DNA of 64,000 nucleotides from Blepharisma stoltei ATCC 30299 (lineage: Eukaryota > Protista > Ciliophora). Each line of letters opens with the position of its first letter. Position 1 is the first letter of the stretch. The translations under genes and the position numbers were made by a program. The notes under the pieces were generated by a model. It worked only from the letters and a program-made list of their open reading frames with translations. It had not been told where the DNA came from and ran no database searches. The stretch covers positions 496,001 through 560,000 of the forward strand of contig CBFDEM010000032.1 of assembly GCA_965603825.1 (NCBI GenBank). Direction: 5' to 3'. Shown in pieces: positions 61,741 to 64,000 of the stretch.

Positions 61741-64000
61741 ATGAATCAAGCTTTTCAAACTGGTTTTCCTCAGCAGCCACAAAGCTACCAACAATTTTAT
61801 ACAAACCCATCTAAAGGCTCATTTCCAGGAATCACAAAAGAAGAAATCAAGCTTTACCAAGAAGGATTCAAAAATATGTGCGGAAATAAAGGGCATTTGT
61901 CTGGCAAAGAAGGCCGAGATATTTTGATGAAAACACAACTTCCTGTACCTACATTAAGGAAAATTTGGGAATTATCTGATCCATTGGCTACTGGGATAAT
62001 GAAAGAAGAGCAATTTATTATTGCAATGCATATAATAGCAAATGTAAGATCAAAAGGGTACGAAGTGCCTGATGCTCTCCCTGACTCACTAAAGCGGCTA
62101 GTTTATAAAAATGAAGATTCATCTCCTTTATCTCCACCGCCACCTCCTCCTCCATTCAAAGAAAAGCCTAAACCAGAAAAGCCTCCTTCTCCAAAGCCAG
62201 CACCTAAAGTCATAGAATTCACATTTCCAAGTATGGATCAATTTACTGTAAACCAGCCCCCTGCTCCACCACAGCCAAAAGTTCAGAAGCACTCCAAAAA
62301 TAGCTCAATAAGATCATATGAAGATGTCCCTCGACCAGAAGAAGTCTCTATGCCAAAAGACCACATGGTGGCAGAACAGCTTGAAAAAATAATAAAAGAA
62401 AAAGAAATAATGATCAAAAACAAAAATGACTGACTAGCAAATCTAAAAGATATGGCTGAATATGATAAAAATGAGCTAGATCTTTATAAACAAAAAAATA
62501 AGCAGTTAGAAAATAAGATTAGAGAGCAAGAAGGCACACACACAAAAATGCAAAATGAGCTGTTTAGTGCAAAAATTAAATTTGAGGACAATATCAAAAA
62601 GAAGGATGATGAGCTGACTGAAATAAAAAACCAATTAGCCCAGCTGCAAGAAATCAATAAACAGCTGATGGAAAGGAAAACTGTCTCACAGCTGAAAGAA
62701 CAATATGAAAATTATGCAGCAAGGCAAGAAAGTAAAGCTGAAAAACCAAAGTTTGAAAATAAGTCTGAAAATATAGCTGTTGAGAAGAAAGTGGAAGCTT
62801 TTAATTTTAATGCTCCAAATGAAAAATTTAATTTTTCTCAAAAAGATAATACCAATACAATTGAAAGTAAAAATGAAAATTTTGAGTTTAATGGGAAAGC
62901 AAAATTTGAAACAGAAGTGAAAGAAATTAAACCAATCCAAGCAGCAGTAGAAGATAAATCAATCAAGCCTGGTTTTCAATTCGAATTTTCAACGAATGAA
63001 AGGAAAATTGAGCCCTCTGCCTTGAACTTACCATCAATTGAAAAATTTGATTTCGAAGTTAAAGCCCCTATCAAAGAAAACAAGGTAATGCAAAAGCAAA
63101 CTCACATACCAGAACCTCAGAAAACGGCAGAATCACCAAAAATAAAAATAGAGCCTGATGATTTTACAGCTTTTCAAGAAATTCCAAATAAAAAGCCGGA
63201 TCTTCCAAACTTTGATTTTAACCCTCAGGCTCTTTCATTTGAAGATAAGTCTATTATGCCTCCAAATATTGATAAAAAGATTGAACCAAATTCATTTCAG
63301 TTTGAACCTCCAAAGCCAGCTTTAAAATCTGAAGGATTTGGATTTGACTTCACAAATGCGCAGAAAATAGAAAATAAAATTACTCCAATGTTTGATTTTA
63401 ATATGGACATAACAAAGCTTGAAAATAAAAAGCCTGTCCCTGCCAAAGAAACTAGTATTTTTGATTTCCCAAAAGACGCCTTGGTCCAAAGAGCTACTCC
63501 AGTTATTGAGCAGCCAAAAAATGATCCAAATCCTACTATTGAAATAAAAAATAAAAATAATAAAACTGCTGTTGATCAATTTCCTCAATTTGTTTCGCCA
63601 GATAAAAGTAAAGACCAAGCAAATATTAAACTGCCGGTTAAAAATTTTAGCTTTGACATGCCTAAAGAAATCAAGTCTGATAAAGATTCAAAATCATCTT
63701 CTCCTTCTATCCGATCTGAATCCCCCGAGTCAAGTTTCAAATCTGAGCCAGTCACTTCTTCTTTGTTTTCCTTTGATATACAAAAACCTAAAGAAACTCA
63801 AAAGATAAATATAGATCCTTTTAATATTTCTCCCACAAGGCCCGCAGACCAGTTTAAATTCCCAATAGATACAAAAGAGCTACCAAAACCAGCTGCTAAT
63901 GAATTTCAATATATACCTGAAATTAAAATTGTTAAAAACGTCAATTATTCAGCTAAGGAAAAAGAATTAAAACTAGATGAGTCTTCTTCTAGCTCAAGTG
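61741..64000 (+). CDS. EH-domain (Eps15-like) endocytic scaffold; 3'-truncated by the window edge
   Basis: EH motif LSGKEGRDILMKTQLPVPTLRKIWELSD...EEQFIIAMHII, a polyproline tract and a coiled coil. The frame stays open past TGA 62431 to the window end. Confidence 0.85.

Overview
This is AT-rich, gene-dense eukaryotic DNA from a heterotrich ciliate macronucleus, most likely Blepharisma. Two observations support this. In-frame TGA sits at invariant Trp positions (DHHC-N-W, CDPK DI-W, katanin P-W-KG, MORN G-x-W), and every gene I reconstructed ends in TAA or TAG. Genes are also interrupted by 15-16 nt GT-AG introns with an invariant A six nt from the 3' end. The supplied standard-code ORF track therefore fragments many genes and misses some entirely (SSNA1, RPLP1, one microprotein). 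Re-read with UGA=Trp and tiny introns, the window holds about 44 protein genes and one tRNA-Thr(UGU). These include an RNF213-like C-terminus, FHA proteins, a FYVE-CAAX protein, TBCEL, a DHHC palmitoyltransferase, RPS11, a USP, a MORN protein, PEX12, a tetraspanin, NCKX, SNIP1, a metaxin, a CDPK, a PP2C, a CKK/CAMSAP-like protein, a nucleoredoxin, KATNAL2, a TTLL, and EF-hand and EH-domain proteins. The most unusual feature is a tandem array of seven diverged 71-75 aa 'MGCG' microprotein genes (4.4-14.7 kb) with unusually long spacers, plus an eighth copy at 55.5 kb. They share a predicted dual-acylation N-terminus and a conserved C-terminal F-x-Y-x-V-x-G-x-x-Y-x-I-x-V...TP..S motif that I cannot assign to a known family. 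All product calls come from motif recognition by eye; no database search was run.
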